This document shows, piece after piece, positions 17,494 to 26,579 of a DNA stretch of 36,549 bases (the first letter of the stretch is position 1; each line of letters starts with the position of its first letter). The DNA lies in assembly GCA_964439255.1 (NCBI GenBank), contig CAYTOE010000001.1, positions 1 through 36,549 on the forward strand, read 5' to 3'. The notes below the pieces were generated by a model. The model did not search any database. It was not told where the DNA came from and was given only the letters and a program-made list of their open reading frames with translations. Source of the DNA: an uncultured Aquificales bacterium (GTDB lineage: Bacteria; Aquificota; Aquificia; Aquificales; Hydrogenothermaceae). A program made the translations under genes and the position numbers.

Positions 17494-18105
17494 TTACACT
17501 TCAAATTTTTCAAGTAGTTTTTGATATTCTTCAGGGGTGTTTATACTTCTGAAAGTTATTAAGTCTCTGTCATATTCCTTTAGTAATGTTTCGTCTACAT
17601 AAACAGAATCTAAAAAAGTTATCCATTTAAACATTGAATCTATGCCTTTATCATACATCTCCTTAGATTTTTCCACAGCTTCTTTCCTGTAAAATGTGTT
17701 CATAGGCTGAAACTTACCATTTATAACAGGAATTACACACTGGTGGTTTTTTAGATTTTTATACAGGAAAAAAATAGCTTCTTTTTTTATTATAGGTGTA
17801 TCACAGGTTGCTATAAAAACAATCTCTTCTTCTATAAAATCTGAGCAACTCCTTATACCGTTTAAAGGACCTTTAAACGGGTCTATATCTTTAACTACTA
17901 CAGGCTTATTTTTTAGTTTATAAGCTTCTTTTAAATATACGTTTTTATCTTTGTTTCCGGAGATTATAATCTGATTTGAAAATGTGTCCACCGTTTCAAG
18001 TATGAGTCTGAGAAAGGTTTTTCCATTTAAAGTCAGAAATGCTTTGTCTTTTCCCATTCTTTTACTCTCTCCCCCTGCTAATATAATAGTTGTTATACCT
18101 TTCAT
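17494..18105 (-). CDS. mobA: Molybdenum cofactor guanylyltransferase
   Basis: 203 aa. Shows the MobA N-terminal motif ILAGGESKRMGKDKAF and has the NTP-transferase fold size. The start overlaps the upstream stop (ATGA). Confidence 0.82.
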   Translation of the reverse strand: MKGITTIILAGGESKRMGKDKAFLTLNGKTFLRLILETVDTFSNQIIISGNKDKNVYLKEAYKLKNKPVVVKDIDPFKGPLNGIRSCSDFIEEEIVFIATCDTPIIKKEAIFFLYKNLKNHQCVIPVINGKFQPMNTFYRKEAVEKSKEMYDKGIDSMFKWITFLDSVYVDETLLKEYDRDLITFRSINTPEEYQKLLEKFEV

Positions 18106-19271
18106 AGCTCACCTAAAATAGATTTTATTCTCATTTTCTCAAGATTAGATAAAAATATATATCTGTACATCTTTATTTCATTTTCAACAAGCTCTTCAAA
18201 AGGTTTTAACCTTTCTAATATATATCCTTTCTTATTCAGTGTTTCTTTTTTAAGGGATGGTATGAAATTTTTAAGGATTTTTAAAACTTTTTTACTCAAC
18301 TGTATATTGTAAAAACTTCTTTTTATACTGTACTCAAGTTGATTTTTTATAAACTGGAGTTTTTCCTTCTCACCTATGATATCAAGCTGTTTTGAGAGAA
18401 CTTCCTGTTCCTGTCTTACCGTTCTCCAGATTGGAAGTCTAACACCTATACCTAATGAAAGAGCTTTGGTAAGACTTCCTCCAGTATCCACTCTTGCGGA
18501 AATTGTAAAATCAGGATAATAAATCATTTTGGATAATCTAAATATTTCCTTGGATTTTTCTATATCATATTCAACGCTTTTGTAAAAAGGACTTTTATCC
18601 AATCTTTTTAAGATATCCCCTAACTCTGGTAGATTAAAAGGAAAGGATAGAGAAACAGAAACAGTATTAATCTCCTGATTGACTAACTGGCTGAGTTTTG
18701 CGATTTCCTTTTTTCTTTCAAAAAAAAGTTCCTCCTTTTTTATCTCCCATCTGTATATCAGATTTTCCACCCTAAGTTTTTCTTCATCTCTTAAATTTTT
18801 AGCCAGATTTGATACCTTTTTTATATATCTGTTGTACACATCTATGGCCTTTTCTAAAAACCAGATTTTGTATATCTCTCTGTATATATCAGCAAAAATT
18901 TTTTCCTTTTTTGTTAGGAGAAAAAAGTACTCTGACCTGTATTTCTTTTTTTCTATCTCTTTTCTGATTTCAAACTTTTTTGGATATGGTATGTACTGTT
19001 TTATATAGATTTTTCCAGATTCTAAAGGGCTCTTAAATAGTTCCTCTCCTTCTAAAGATAAGGATACTGAAGGGTTAAACAGCCTTTTTGCAACTTTTAC
19101 TTTCTTTTTTATAACAGAAAGTTCTTTTTTTATCTTTATAAGTTCAGGGTTTTTCTTCTCTGCAATAGAGATAATCTCCTCAGGTGTAAGACAGAATCCT
19201 TTTTTTATAAAGATTAAAAAAATCAGTAAAAGGAAACTACGCCTTTTTAGATTCTTCACTGAAACAGTCAT
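18102..19271 (-). CDS. TolC/CzcC-like outer-membrane efflux protein (short form)
   Basis: After the signal-like KNLKRRSFLLLIFLIFI, the sequence LTPEEIISIAEKKNPELIKIKKEL is the usual OEP-family opening, followed by long coiled-coil-like repeats. The start is ambiguous: ATG 19271 or GTG 19259. The track ORF start at 19409 would overlap fur by 173 nt, so I reject it. Confidence 0.55.
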   Translation of the reverse strand: MTVSVKNLKRRSFLLLIFLIFIKKGFCLTPEEIISIAEKKNPELIKIKKELSVIKKKVKVAKRLFNPSVSLSLEGEELFKSPLESGKIYIKQYIPYPKKFEIRKEIEKKKYRSEYFFLLTKKEKIFADIYREIYKIWFLEKAIDVYNRYIKKVSNLAKNLRDEEKLRVENLIYRWEIKKEELFFERKKEIAKLSQLVNQEINTVSVSLSFPFNLPELGDILKRLDKSPFYKSVEYDIEKSKEIFRLSKMIYYPDFTISARVDTGGSLTKALSLGIGVRLPIWRTVRQEQEVLSKQLDIIGEKEKLQFIKNQLEYSIKRSFYNIQLSKKVLKILKNFIPSLKKETLNKKGYILERLKPFEELVENEIKMYRYIFLSNLEKMRIKSILGEL

Positions 19272-19692
19272 TGCAAAGACCGTATATTTCAAGCCTATGT
19301 GAGTAAGGGTGGAATTCAAAGTCACTGCATATTTTATCCTGGAGCTTTTCAAGTTTTTTGTTAAAAAACTCAATAATTTTTCCACAACTAACGCATATAA
19401 GGTGGTCATGGTGTTTTTTCAGACCTATTTCATAAATGGTTTTATTTTTATACTTTATAACTTCTGTTATAACGCCCATTTCTTTCAGTATACTGAGGGT
19501 TCTATAAACAGTTGCTCTTGAGACACTTTTCTTCTTGTTCTTCAGTTTATGAACAATATCCTCCACTTCAAAATGACCCCTTGTCTTTAGAACCTCTTTT
19601 AATATCTCTTCCCTCTGGGGGGTGTACTTTAGTTTTTCCTTTTTCAGATAATCTTTGAATTTTTCTAATATCTTTTTCTTACTTAACCTCAT
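19237..19692 (-). CDS. fur: Fur-family metalloregulator
   Basis: 151 aa. Has a winged-helix region (TPQREEILKEV...SRATVYRTLSIL), the metal site HHDHLICVSCGKIIEF and a C-terminal CNDC. Confidence 0.88.
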   Translation of the reverse strand: MRLSKKKILEKFKDYLKKEKLKYTPQREEILKEVLKTRGHFEVEDIVHKLKNKKKSVSRATVYRTLSILKEMGVITEVIKYKNKTIYEIGLKKHHDHLICVSCGKIIEFFNKKLEKLQDKICSDFEFHPYSHRLEIYGLCNDCFSEESKKA

Positions 19693-20306
19693 TTTTTCTT
19701 ACCTATATCAGGTCTTTTAATTTCAAATGTGTTATCTGCAGATATTATACAGTAATTTGCACCACCTAACCTTCCTGCTATATCTATTTTAGTTGTGTCA
19801 ACGTAGCCTTTTTCGTTTATGAGCTCATCCTTTATATGGAAATTAACAATTTCCCCAAAAACTATCCCCATTTTTCCTATATTTATAATCTCAAACTTTT
19901 TACATTCTATGTTTATAGGTGATTCTTTGACTCTTGGTACTTTTACAACTGTAGATTTTTCAGGTGTTAAACCTGCTTTTTCAAACTCATCTATTTCAGC
20001 ATCAAAAGCTACAGATGATATATTCATCTTATCTAACAGCTCTTTCGTTACGATATTTACAACAAATTCCCCTGTTTCCTCTATATTTTTCCATGTATCC
20101 TTCTTATCACCTGTTTCTTTACTCCCTATTGATACCATAAGTAAAGGTGGAGAGCTTGATACTCCTGCAAAATAGCTAAAAGGTGCAAGGTTGTATATAC
20201 CATCTTTGCTAACAGTTGAAATCCAGGCTATAGGTCTCGGGACAATTGTACTTGTCATAAGCTTGTATATCTGTTTTCTATCTATTTCAGAAACCTTAAT
20301 ATCCAT
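19689..20306 (-). CDS. Flavin reductase-like (FMN-binding split-barrel) protein
   Basis: 205 aa. RPIAWISTVSKDGIYNLAPFSYF is the typical opening of the flavin reductase-like domain. The stop overlaps the fur start by 4 nt. Confidence 0.78.
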   Translation of the reverse strand: MDIKVSEIDRKQIYKLMTSTIVPRPIAWISTVSKDGIYNLAPFSYFAGVSSSPPLLMVSIGSKETGDKKDTWKNIEETGEFVVNIVTKELLDKMNISSVAFDAEIDEFEKAGLTPEKSTVVKVPRVKESPINIECKKFEIINIGKMGIVFGEIVNFHIKDELINEKGYVDTTKIDIAGRLGGANYCIISADNTFEIKRPDIGKKK

Positions 20307-20318
20307 AAAAAATCCTCC

Positions 20319-21083
20319 TTATCCCTGTGCTTTGCTTCTTTCACTTCTCGGATAAAGAATTTTTGCCATAATTATAGATAACTCATAAAAAACGATAAGT
20401 GGCATAGCAAGAAAAACCTGACTTACAACATCCGGTGGTGTCAAAATAGCAGCCATAACAAAAGCGGCAACAACAAAATAAGGTCTGAACTTTGAAAGGG
20501 CATCAGGCGTTACAAGTCCAAGTCTTGCCAATAGGGAGAGTATAACCGGCATCTCAAATGTTATTCCAAAAGCGAGTATAAGCCTTATAACAAAGGAAAT
20601 GTAAGAGCTAACAGATATCATGGCTTCAACATCAAGCTGTGTATAACCGAATGTTAAAAGAAACTTTATAGCAAGTGGTAATACCCCAAAAAAGGCAAAA
20701 AGAGCTCCAAATATAAAAAACAGAGTTGTGAAAAAAACAAAAGGAACAACAAGTTTCTTTTCTTCTTCATAAAGTGCAGGTTCGATAAACTTCCATACCT
20801 GATAAAAAACAAAAGGAGATGCAACCACAAAACCTACTAAGAGGGATATTTTAAATGCTGTGAAGAAAGATTCTGTAGGTGTAAGAGCAACAAGCTTAAG
20901 GTCTGGGAAAACCCTTCTTAAAGGTTCCTTAAATATTTTAAAGAAAAAATCAACCTTCGTAAAAACAGCGATTGTTCCTATAATAACCGCCACAAGGCTT
21001 CTAAAAAGCCTTATTCTAAGCTCAGCAAGGTGCTCTGTTATAGGTGCTTCAAACTCTTCTGGACTTTTATAATCTTTTGCCAT
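20319..21083 (-). CDS. tatC: Twin-arginine translocase subunit TatC
   Basis: 254 aa with six TM segments. Shows ITEHLAELRIRL, the ALYEEEKK loop and ILTPPDVVSQ. Confidence 0.95.
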   Translation of the reverse strand: MAKDYKSPEEFEAPITEHLAELRIRLFRSLVAVIIGTIAVFTKVDFFFKIFKEPLRRVFPDLKLVALTPTESFFTAFKISLLVGFVVASPFVFYQVWKFIEPALYEEEKKLVVPFVFFTTLFFIFGALFAFFGVLPLAIKFLLTFGYTQLDVEAMISVSSYISFVIRLILAFGITFEMPVILSLLARLGLVTPDALSKFRPYFVVAAFVMAAILTPPDVVSQVFLAMPLIVFYELSIIMAKILYPRSERSKAQG

Positions 21084-21094
21084 GAACCCTTCCT

Positions 21095-21424
21095 CTAAGA
21101 TTGACTTTCTTCTTTATTACCCTTTTTGAAAGATATTTTTTCCCTTTTTGGCTGGTACTCTCCTTTATCAGCATTTTTTAGCTCTTCCTCAAACTCCTCT
21201 TCCCATGTATCTTTCTTCTTTTCTGTGTGGGTCTCTTTAGGTATCTGTGGTGGGGTGTAGGTTGGTTCTTCTGTAACAACAGATTTAACCTCATCAACTG
21301 TTGATTTTACTTCTCTGTACAGCCTCCCAAGTGTTTTTGCCAATTCTGGAAGTCTCTTTGGACCTAAAACAAGGAGAGCAACAACAAATATAAGTATAAG
21401 TTCTGAAAATCCTATACCAAACAT
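21095..21424 (-). CDS. tatB: Twin-arginine translocase TatA/TatB-family subunit (TatB-like N-terminus)
   Basis: 109 aa. MFGIGFSELILIFVVALLVLGPKRLPELAKTLG matches the TatB-type FxIGxxEL...LGPxRLP motif. An amphipathic helix and a charged tail follow. Confidence 0.8.
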   Translation of the reverse strand: MFGIGFSELILIFVVALLVLGPKRLPELAKTLGRLYREVKSTVDEVKSVVTEEPTYTPPQIPKETHTEKKKDTWEEEFEEELKNADKGEYQPKREKISFKKGNKEESQS

Positions 21425-21461
21425 AATAAACTCCTGAATGTAATAATTTTTAAATTATATA

Positions 21462-24017
21462 TTAAAATTCTGTGGATATACTGAATTCTATTCTGTACTT
21501 GTCTTCATTTCCCTTTCTGTGAAGGTTATAAGCCACATAAAACATAAAAGAACCAACTGGTGTTGGGACAAAAACACCAGAACCAAGGGAATCCCTGAAA
21601 GATAGGTCTTTTATATAACTCATTTTTTCATACACATTTCCAAAATCATAAAAAACAAACCCGTAAAGGTTGAACCTCCTGTATAAAAGAAACCTTAAAT
21701 CATTGTTAAAAAGAAGAAAAGCTTTACCTCCTGAACCTGACTTTCCTGATACATTTTCATAGGAGAAGCCCCGTAGATTAGATATACCACCTAAGTAAAA
21801 TCTATCTGGCAATGGTATTTTTTTTATGTCCTGCACTATGTATCCTAAACTTACTTTAGGAGTTAATGTGAAAATTTTCCATGAAAGGAAATATCTGTAG
21901 GATGCTATCAGTTTTTGCAGGTTATAATCACCAAAATTTAAAAATACACCGTATTTCAGGTTGTATCCTTTTTTTGGATTTACTTTTGGTATCCCATGTA
22001 TATCTTTGTACCAGTAAGAGATTTTATAAGAAAGGTAATTTTCAGGAAATATACTCTGTTTTGACAATCTATTATCTTTGTAAGATAGGCCAATGCTGTA
22101 CTTTCTGTATTTATCTTTTTTCTTTTCAAATATAATCTCTCCACCTTTCTCTATAAGGTCAAAAATTCTGTGGGACTGGTAATTTCTAAACAGGTTTAGG
22201 AACACAGAATTTCTAAAAGGAACAAATTTATTTCCAAAAGATATCTGGTATGTTGTTCCAAGATTCGAAGTTTCTATATAACTTGATATCTCAAAACCAT
22301 AGTTAAAAAGGTTTTTTAACGTTCCTTGCAGAGAAAGTTTAAACTTCTGGTTTGTATTGTAACCAACAGAACCCTGGAAAAGTCCCCTTTTATCTTCATA
22401 AAACAGGTAAATTTTATCCACTTTTTTATTTTTCTTATCAATCTCAAGGAAAGGGTTAACTGTATCAAATACATACGTTGAGTACAGATAATCTAACTCT
22501 TCATCAAATTTTTCTTTTATAAAAAATCCTTCAGTGTATATGTTCTTTTTTATGACTTTAGGAAAAATATGCCTTGTTCCATATATAAAGGTTATACCTG
22601 TTCTATACCTTTTTCCTTTTTCTATCTGGTAAAGAACCTCAACGTCTGTTGTATCTTTTCCCTCTTTAAACCTGACATTAAGATAGACTTTAGCATCTAA
22701 ATAACCTAAATCCTTATAAAAGTTTTTTATTTTTTCAAGGTAAGAGATAATTAATTGTGGATTATAGGCTGAAGGTATTTTTATATCTAATCTAAACCGG
22801 TTTTCTGACATACTCACTTTTTTTAGAATGTATTTTTTTCCCTTTTTTACTTTTATATACAGCGAAACAGATTTGTTTTTCCTGTCTAAATTTTCATTAA
22901 TGGAATAAGAAAATGATAAGTATCCTTTGCTGTAATAGGAATTAAAAAGACTTTCTAAAAAAACTAATATTTTCTTTCTGTTATATGGCTTGTTTTTGTA
23001 AATATTCAGCCTTTTTTCTATACCTTTAATATCTGAATCAACCTTTATATCTGATATTTTGTATCTGTTTCCCTCTTTTATAAAAAATGTCAGTATAACC
23101 TTATTTTTTGTAAAAATCTCTTTATAATCAGGAAGTACCTGTACATCTAAAAAACCGTAGCTTTTATACAGATTTATAATACTTTCTATAGATTTTGTTA
23201 TCTGGTAGTAATTTACTCCCTGCTGAAAGGTTATATATTTTTTTAAAATCTCATTGGGAAAAAATTTGTTTCCGGAGAAGAATATGTAATACTTAAAACC
23301 AAGACTCAAAAAAAGATTAATATCTATATACTTTTCCTTTTTTTTATCAATACTGTAAAAAATTATAAAATTGTCATAAAATCCCTTTTCTTTTAAATGT
23401 TCAGACAGTTTTTCTATTTTCTTCTGAAGTTTTATAAAGCTGAACTTTTCACCTTTTTTAATATTCAGGAGTTTCCTCAGTTTTTTTTCAAAATCCGTTG
23501 TTATTGTAATATCAGAAAAGAAATTTACATTTCTTATCACACCTCTTTTTCCTTCCTTTATCTTAATGTACATATCTGCATTTCCTATCTCATCTACATT
23601 TACATCTATATACACCTCTGTAAAAGGGTATCCTTTATCCCCGTAGAACCTTTTTATACGGGAAACAATCTGATGTACTGTGTACATATCAAAAGGATGT
23701 CCTTCTATAAGACCAGATATAGCTATTATCTCTCTTCTCCAGAAAGACCTGTTACCGATAATATGTACTCTTTTCAATACAGGTTTTCTTTTTAAATAAA
23801 GAATGCCGTTTTTATACTTAATTTCTTCAAATTCTTCTGTTTTTTTCAGTAGCTTTATAATGTAGTTTATATCTTTTGTCTTTTTATAGATTTCCTGAAT
23901 ATTGTTTTTAGGGAGGGGGTAGTTTGATTTTATAAGTAATGCACCATAAGAAAAACTTATTAAAGACAGAATTAAAGCTTTTATAAAAAAGACCAGTTTT
24001 TTAGTATCTGTTAACAC
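21462..24017 (-). CDS. bamA: Outer-membrane protein assembly factor BamA (POTRA repeats + Omp85 barrel)
   Basis: 851 aa with a signal peptide and repeated POTRA-like units (e.g. IRNVNFFSD, ISDIKVDSD, LKKVSMSEN). The C-terminal barrel shows RFYLGGISNLRGF and the terminal F (STEF). Confidence 0.9.
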   Translation of the reverse strand: MLTDTKKLVFFIKALILSLISFSYGALLIKSNYPLPKNNIQEIYKKTKDINYIIKLLKKTEEFEEIKYKNGILYLKRKPVLKRVHIIGNRSFWRREIIAISGLIEGHPFDMYTVHQIVSRIKRFYGDKGYPFTEVYIDVNVDEIGNADMYIKIKEGKRGVIRNVNFFSDITITTDFEKKLRKLLNIKKGEKFSFIKLQKKIEKLSEHLKEKGFYDNFIIFYSIDKKKEKYIDINLFLSLGFKYYIFFSGNKFFPNEILKKYITFQQGVNYYQITKSIESIINLYKSYGFLDVQVLPDYKEIFTKNKVILTFFIKEGNRYKISDIKVDSDIKGIEKRLNIYKNKPYNRKKILVFLESLFNSYYSKGYLSFSYSINENLDRKNKSVSLYIKVKKGKKYILKKVSMSENRFRLDIKIPSAYNPQLIISYLEKIKNFYKDLGYLDAKVYLNVRFKEGKDTTDVEVLYQIEKGKRYRTGITFIYGTRHIFPKVIKKNIYTEGFFIKEKFDEELDYLYSTYVFDTVNPFLEIDKKNKKVDKIYLFYEDKRGLFQGSVGYNTNQKFKLSLQGTLKNLFNYGFEISSYIETSNLGTTYQISFGNKFVPFRNSVFLNLFRNYQSHRIFDLIEKGGEIIFEKKKDKYRKYSIGLSYKDNRLSKQSIFPENYLSYKISYWYKDIHGIPKVNPKKGYNLKYGVFLNFGDYNLQKLIASYRYFLSWKIFTLTPKVSLGYIVQDIKKIPLPDRFYLGGISNLRGFSYENVSGKSGSGGKAFLLFNNDLRFLLYRRFNLYGFVFYDFGNVYEKMSYIKDLSFRDSLGSGVFVPTPVGSFMFYVAYNLHRKGNEDKYRIEFSISTEF

Positions 24018-25506
24018 GCTTTTCCTCTATACCCTTGAATCCTCTAAGAATGTAGATATAAATCCTGTACACTTCTTTTCCCCTGTAAAAAATCGGGTAT
24101 TCATATTTTTTTATGAATCTTTCGAAAGAGTTTTTCACTACATCAGGTATATGAGAAGCGTATGTAACATAAATTCCATACACATCCTCTCCTGCATGTT
24201 TATTTATGCTTTCCCACAAATCAAACTGGTTCATTCTTCTTCCTAAATTTATACAGTAAGTTCTTGGATGTCCTTTTACATAAAAGGCAAGTTCTGATGA
24301 GATATGGTAGGTATCACTAAATATAATAAAAGGCTTATCTAAAGACTGTGATATATGAGTTACCTTTTCACCTAAACCTTTCCACCCTACAAGTCTTTTT
24401 GTTGGGTCTTTTTCAGGTGGTAAGACCTTTCCTATTCCAGCTTTATCAAGAATAGGAGTATAAAAAAGAATAACAATAGAAACAACAGAAAGGAGAAAAG
24501 CCACTGCAAATCTCTTAAACATATTTTTCTTTACAATTAAAAATGTAGCAAGTATGTAAAGTGTTACATATCCAAATGCTGGCCAGTTAGCTTCGACCCT
24601 TTTTTTAAATGCTATATAGACAAAAAATAGAAAGATAAAAACAGGAAAAATCCATGTATAAAAGATACTCCTGTTTTTCCTTTCCTTTACACCGGTATAA
24701 ACAGCATATACAAAAAATGGCAGGAAAAAGACAGAGTTAATACCAATCTGTCCAAGTATATAATCACCTAAATGTTCAAATGATTTTTTTAAAGAGAAAA
24801 CCTTTACATGGGCACCTTCTAATGTTGATACATGCTTGAATGTAACAAAATCGTGGTTTATGTTCCATATAATAACAGGTAGTGTAAAGATAGAAGCTAT
24901 TAGTATAGATATATAAAACCATTTATTTTTAAAAACCTCTCTTTTATGAATAAAAAGAAATATCAGTACAGGTGGCAGGATTAGAACCATAGAATACTTG
25001 GAAAGAAAACCAAGTCCCGCAGATATACCTGTTAATATCCAAAAAACAGGTCTGTTATTTTCTAAACTTTTCCAGAGGAGATAAACAGTCAAAATCCAGA
25101 AAAAAGCAAGGGGTGTATCTGTTAAGAATAAAACAGATGCCAGCTGGTAAGAGGGAATACCGGCTATAAAAACAGATGACAAAAATGCAAAAACCTCTAA
25201 ATCTTTTTTATTTTCAAAGAAATTTTTGAAAATATCTTTAGAGATGAAATACATAAGGATACCTATTAGAAAGCCTAAAACAATAGCGTTTATCCTTATC
25301 CCAATCTCTGTATCACCAAATACAGATGTGGAAATGGCATTCATATATGCTATTAAAGGTGGTTTTGAATAATAAGAAAGGTCTAAATTTTTAGACCACA
25401 GCCAGTACTGGGCTTCTTCTGTCGATAGGTCTATATGACCAGAAAGAACATAAAGTATCCTTATATCTAAAAGCAGAAAGTGAAAAATAAGAACCCTTTT
25501 TAGCAT
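24001..25506 (-). CDS. ArnT/PMT-like polytopic glycosyltransferase (GT39/GT83-type, PMT_2)
   Basis: 501 aa with ~11 TM segments. Carries the N-terminal loop motif EAQYWLWSKNLDLSYYSKPPLIAYM, typical of undecaprenyl-/dolichyl-phosphate-sugar-dependent transferases. The soluble C-terminal domain is ~130 aa. Confidence 0.78.
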   Translation of the reverse strand: MLKRVLIFHFLLLDIRILYVLSGHIDLSTEEAQYWLWSKNLDLSYYSKPPLIAYMNAISTSVFGDTEIGIRINAIVLGFLIGILMYFISKDIFKNFFENKKDLEVFAFLSSVFIAGIPSYQLASVLFLTDTPLAFFWILTVYLLWKSLENNRPVFWILTGISAGLGFLSKYSMVLILPPVLIFLFIHKREVFKNKWFYISILIASIFTLPVIIWNINHDFVTFKHVSTLEGAHVKVFSLKKSFEHLGDYILGQIGINSVFFLPFFVYAVYTGVKERKNRSIFYTWIFPVFIFLFFVYIAFKKRVEANWPAFGYVTLYILATFLIVKKNMFKRFAVAFLLSVVSIVILFYTPILDKAGIGKVLPPEKDPTKRLVGWKGLGEKVTHISQSLDKPFIIFSDTYHISSELAFYVKGHPRTYCINLGRRMNQFDLWESINKHAGEDVYGIYVTYASHIPDVVKNSFERFIKKYEYPIFYRGKEVYRIYIYILRGFKGIEEKRVNRY

Positions 25507-25514
25507 AAAAAAAA

Positions 25515-26579
25515 TTATACATTAGAGAGCTCTATATTTTTCAGGTCTGGGTCTTGTTTTGCATAATCTTTAAGAGATTTATCTAATAGAAACGCTTTTT
25601 TAAGATATTTTAAAGCCTTTTCTTTATCACCCTTTACAGCATACAGACAACCTCTGTTATACTCAGCAAGAGCCTCCAATTTAGGGTTAAGTTCAACAGC
25701 TTTTTCATAAGCTTTTAGAGCTTCATCAAATCTTTTTAACTCTTTTAAGGCTATTCCCATATCCATATAACAATCCGGGCAATCACTGTTCACAGATAGG
25801 GCTTTTTTGAAAGCTTTTACAGCTTTTTCATATTCACCTAAATCAAGATAAACATTTCCTATATTCTGCCATGCAATATAAAAGTCTGGATTTATCTCAA
25901 CAGATTTTTTATAAGATTTTAGGGCATCCATCAGCTTTCCAAGGTCATAATAAGCATTTCCTAAATTGTTCCATGCCTGGTAAAAATCTGGTTTCAATTT
26001 TATTGCCTGTATGTACGACTTTATAGCTTTTTCAGGTTTACCATCAAGTCTCAAAGCTATCCCTTTATTGTAATAGTAATCAGGGTCTTCCGGGTTTATA
26101 GCTATGGCAAGGTTGTACTGTTTAACAGCCTCTTTATACTTTCCTAATTTTCTTAAAGACAGACCTTTATTGTAATAAGCATCAGACAGGTTAGGATTAA
26201 GCTTTAAAGCTTTTTCAAAACATTTTATAGCTTTATGGTACAAGCCTTTCTGATGATAAGCAAAACCTAAATCATTGTAGTACTCTGCCTTTGGATTGAG
26301 AAAAACAGCCCTTTCTAAAGATTTTATCCCATTTTCTAAATCTCCTTCATCTAAATACATGTTTCCCAGGTTGTAGTAAGCTTCATCATTTTTTGGATTC
26401 AGTTTTACAGCCATTTTCAAAGAATCTATAGCTTCTTTTCTTTTTCCTACTTTGTTTAGAGCTAAACCTTTTAGCAGATATGCTTCATCTGTCGGGTTTT
26501 CCTTTATCACTTTTTCCAATATCTCAAGAGCTTTTTTTATATTTCCAAAAGCCATCTCTTCAAAAGCTTTTCTTAACAT
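25515..26579 (-). CDS. Tetratricopeptide-repeat protein (~10 TPR units)
   Basis: 354 aa built from 34-aa repeats with the pattern A.YN.G..Y...G....A...Y.KA..LNP throughout. The start overlaps the rodA stop by 1 nt (TAATG). Confidence 0.9.
   Translation of the reverse strand: MLRKAFEEMAFGNIKKALEILEKVIKENPTDEAYLLKGLALNKVGKRKEAIDSLKMAVKLNPKNDEAYYNLGNMYLDEGDLENGIKSLERAVFLNPKAEYYNDLGFAYHQKGLYHKAIKCFEKALKLNPNLSDAYYNKGLSLRKLGKYKEAVKQYNLAIAINPEDPDYYYNKGIALRLDGKPEKAIKSYIQAIKLKPDFYQAWNNLGNAYYDLGKLMDALKSYKKSVEINPDFYIAWQNIGNVYLDLGEYEKAVKAFKKALSVNSDCPDCYMDMGIALKELKRFDEALKAYEKAVELNPKLEALAEYNRGCLYAVKGDKEKALKYLKKAFLLDKSLKDYAKQDPDLKNIELSNV

Noticed and set aside
18617-18624. A second copy of CCCCTAAC, one arm of the IS-like hairpin, inside the TolC-like gene.
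   Set aside because: No GTTAGGGG partner lies nearby and the flanks show no similarity. A single 8-mer recurrence in ~73 kb of two-strand sequence is expected by chance.
19272-19409. The N-terminal 46 codons of the track ORF 18102-19409.
   Set aside because: They would overlap 173 nt of the well-supported fur gene. The signal-peptide-like sequence only starts at Met47 (19271), so I trimmed the gene model.
25515-26579. Periodic ~102-nt repetition that might be mistaken for a tandem-repeat or CRISPR-like array.
   Set aside because: The periodicity is at the protein level (34-aa TPR units in one long ORF). The DNA repeats are diverged and there is no repeat-spacer architecture.
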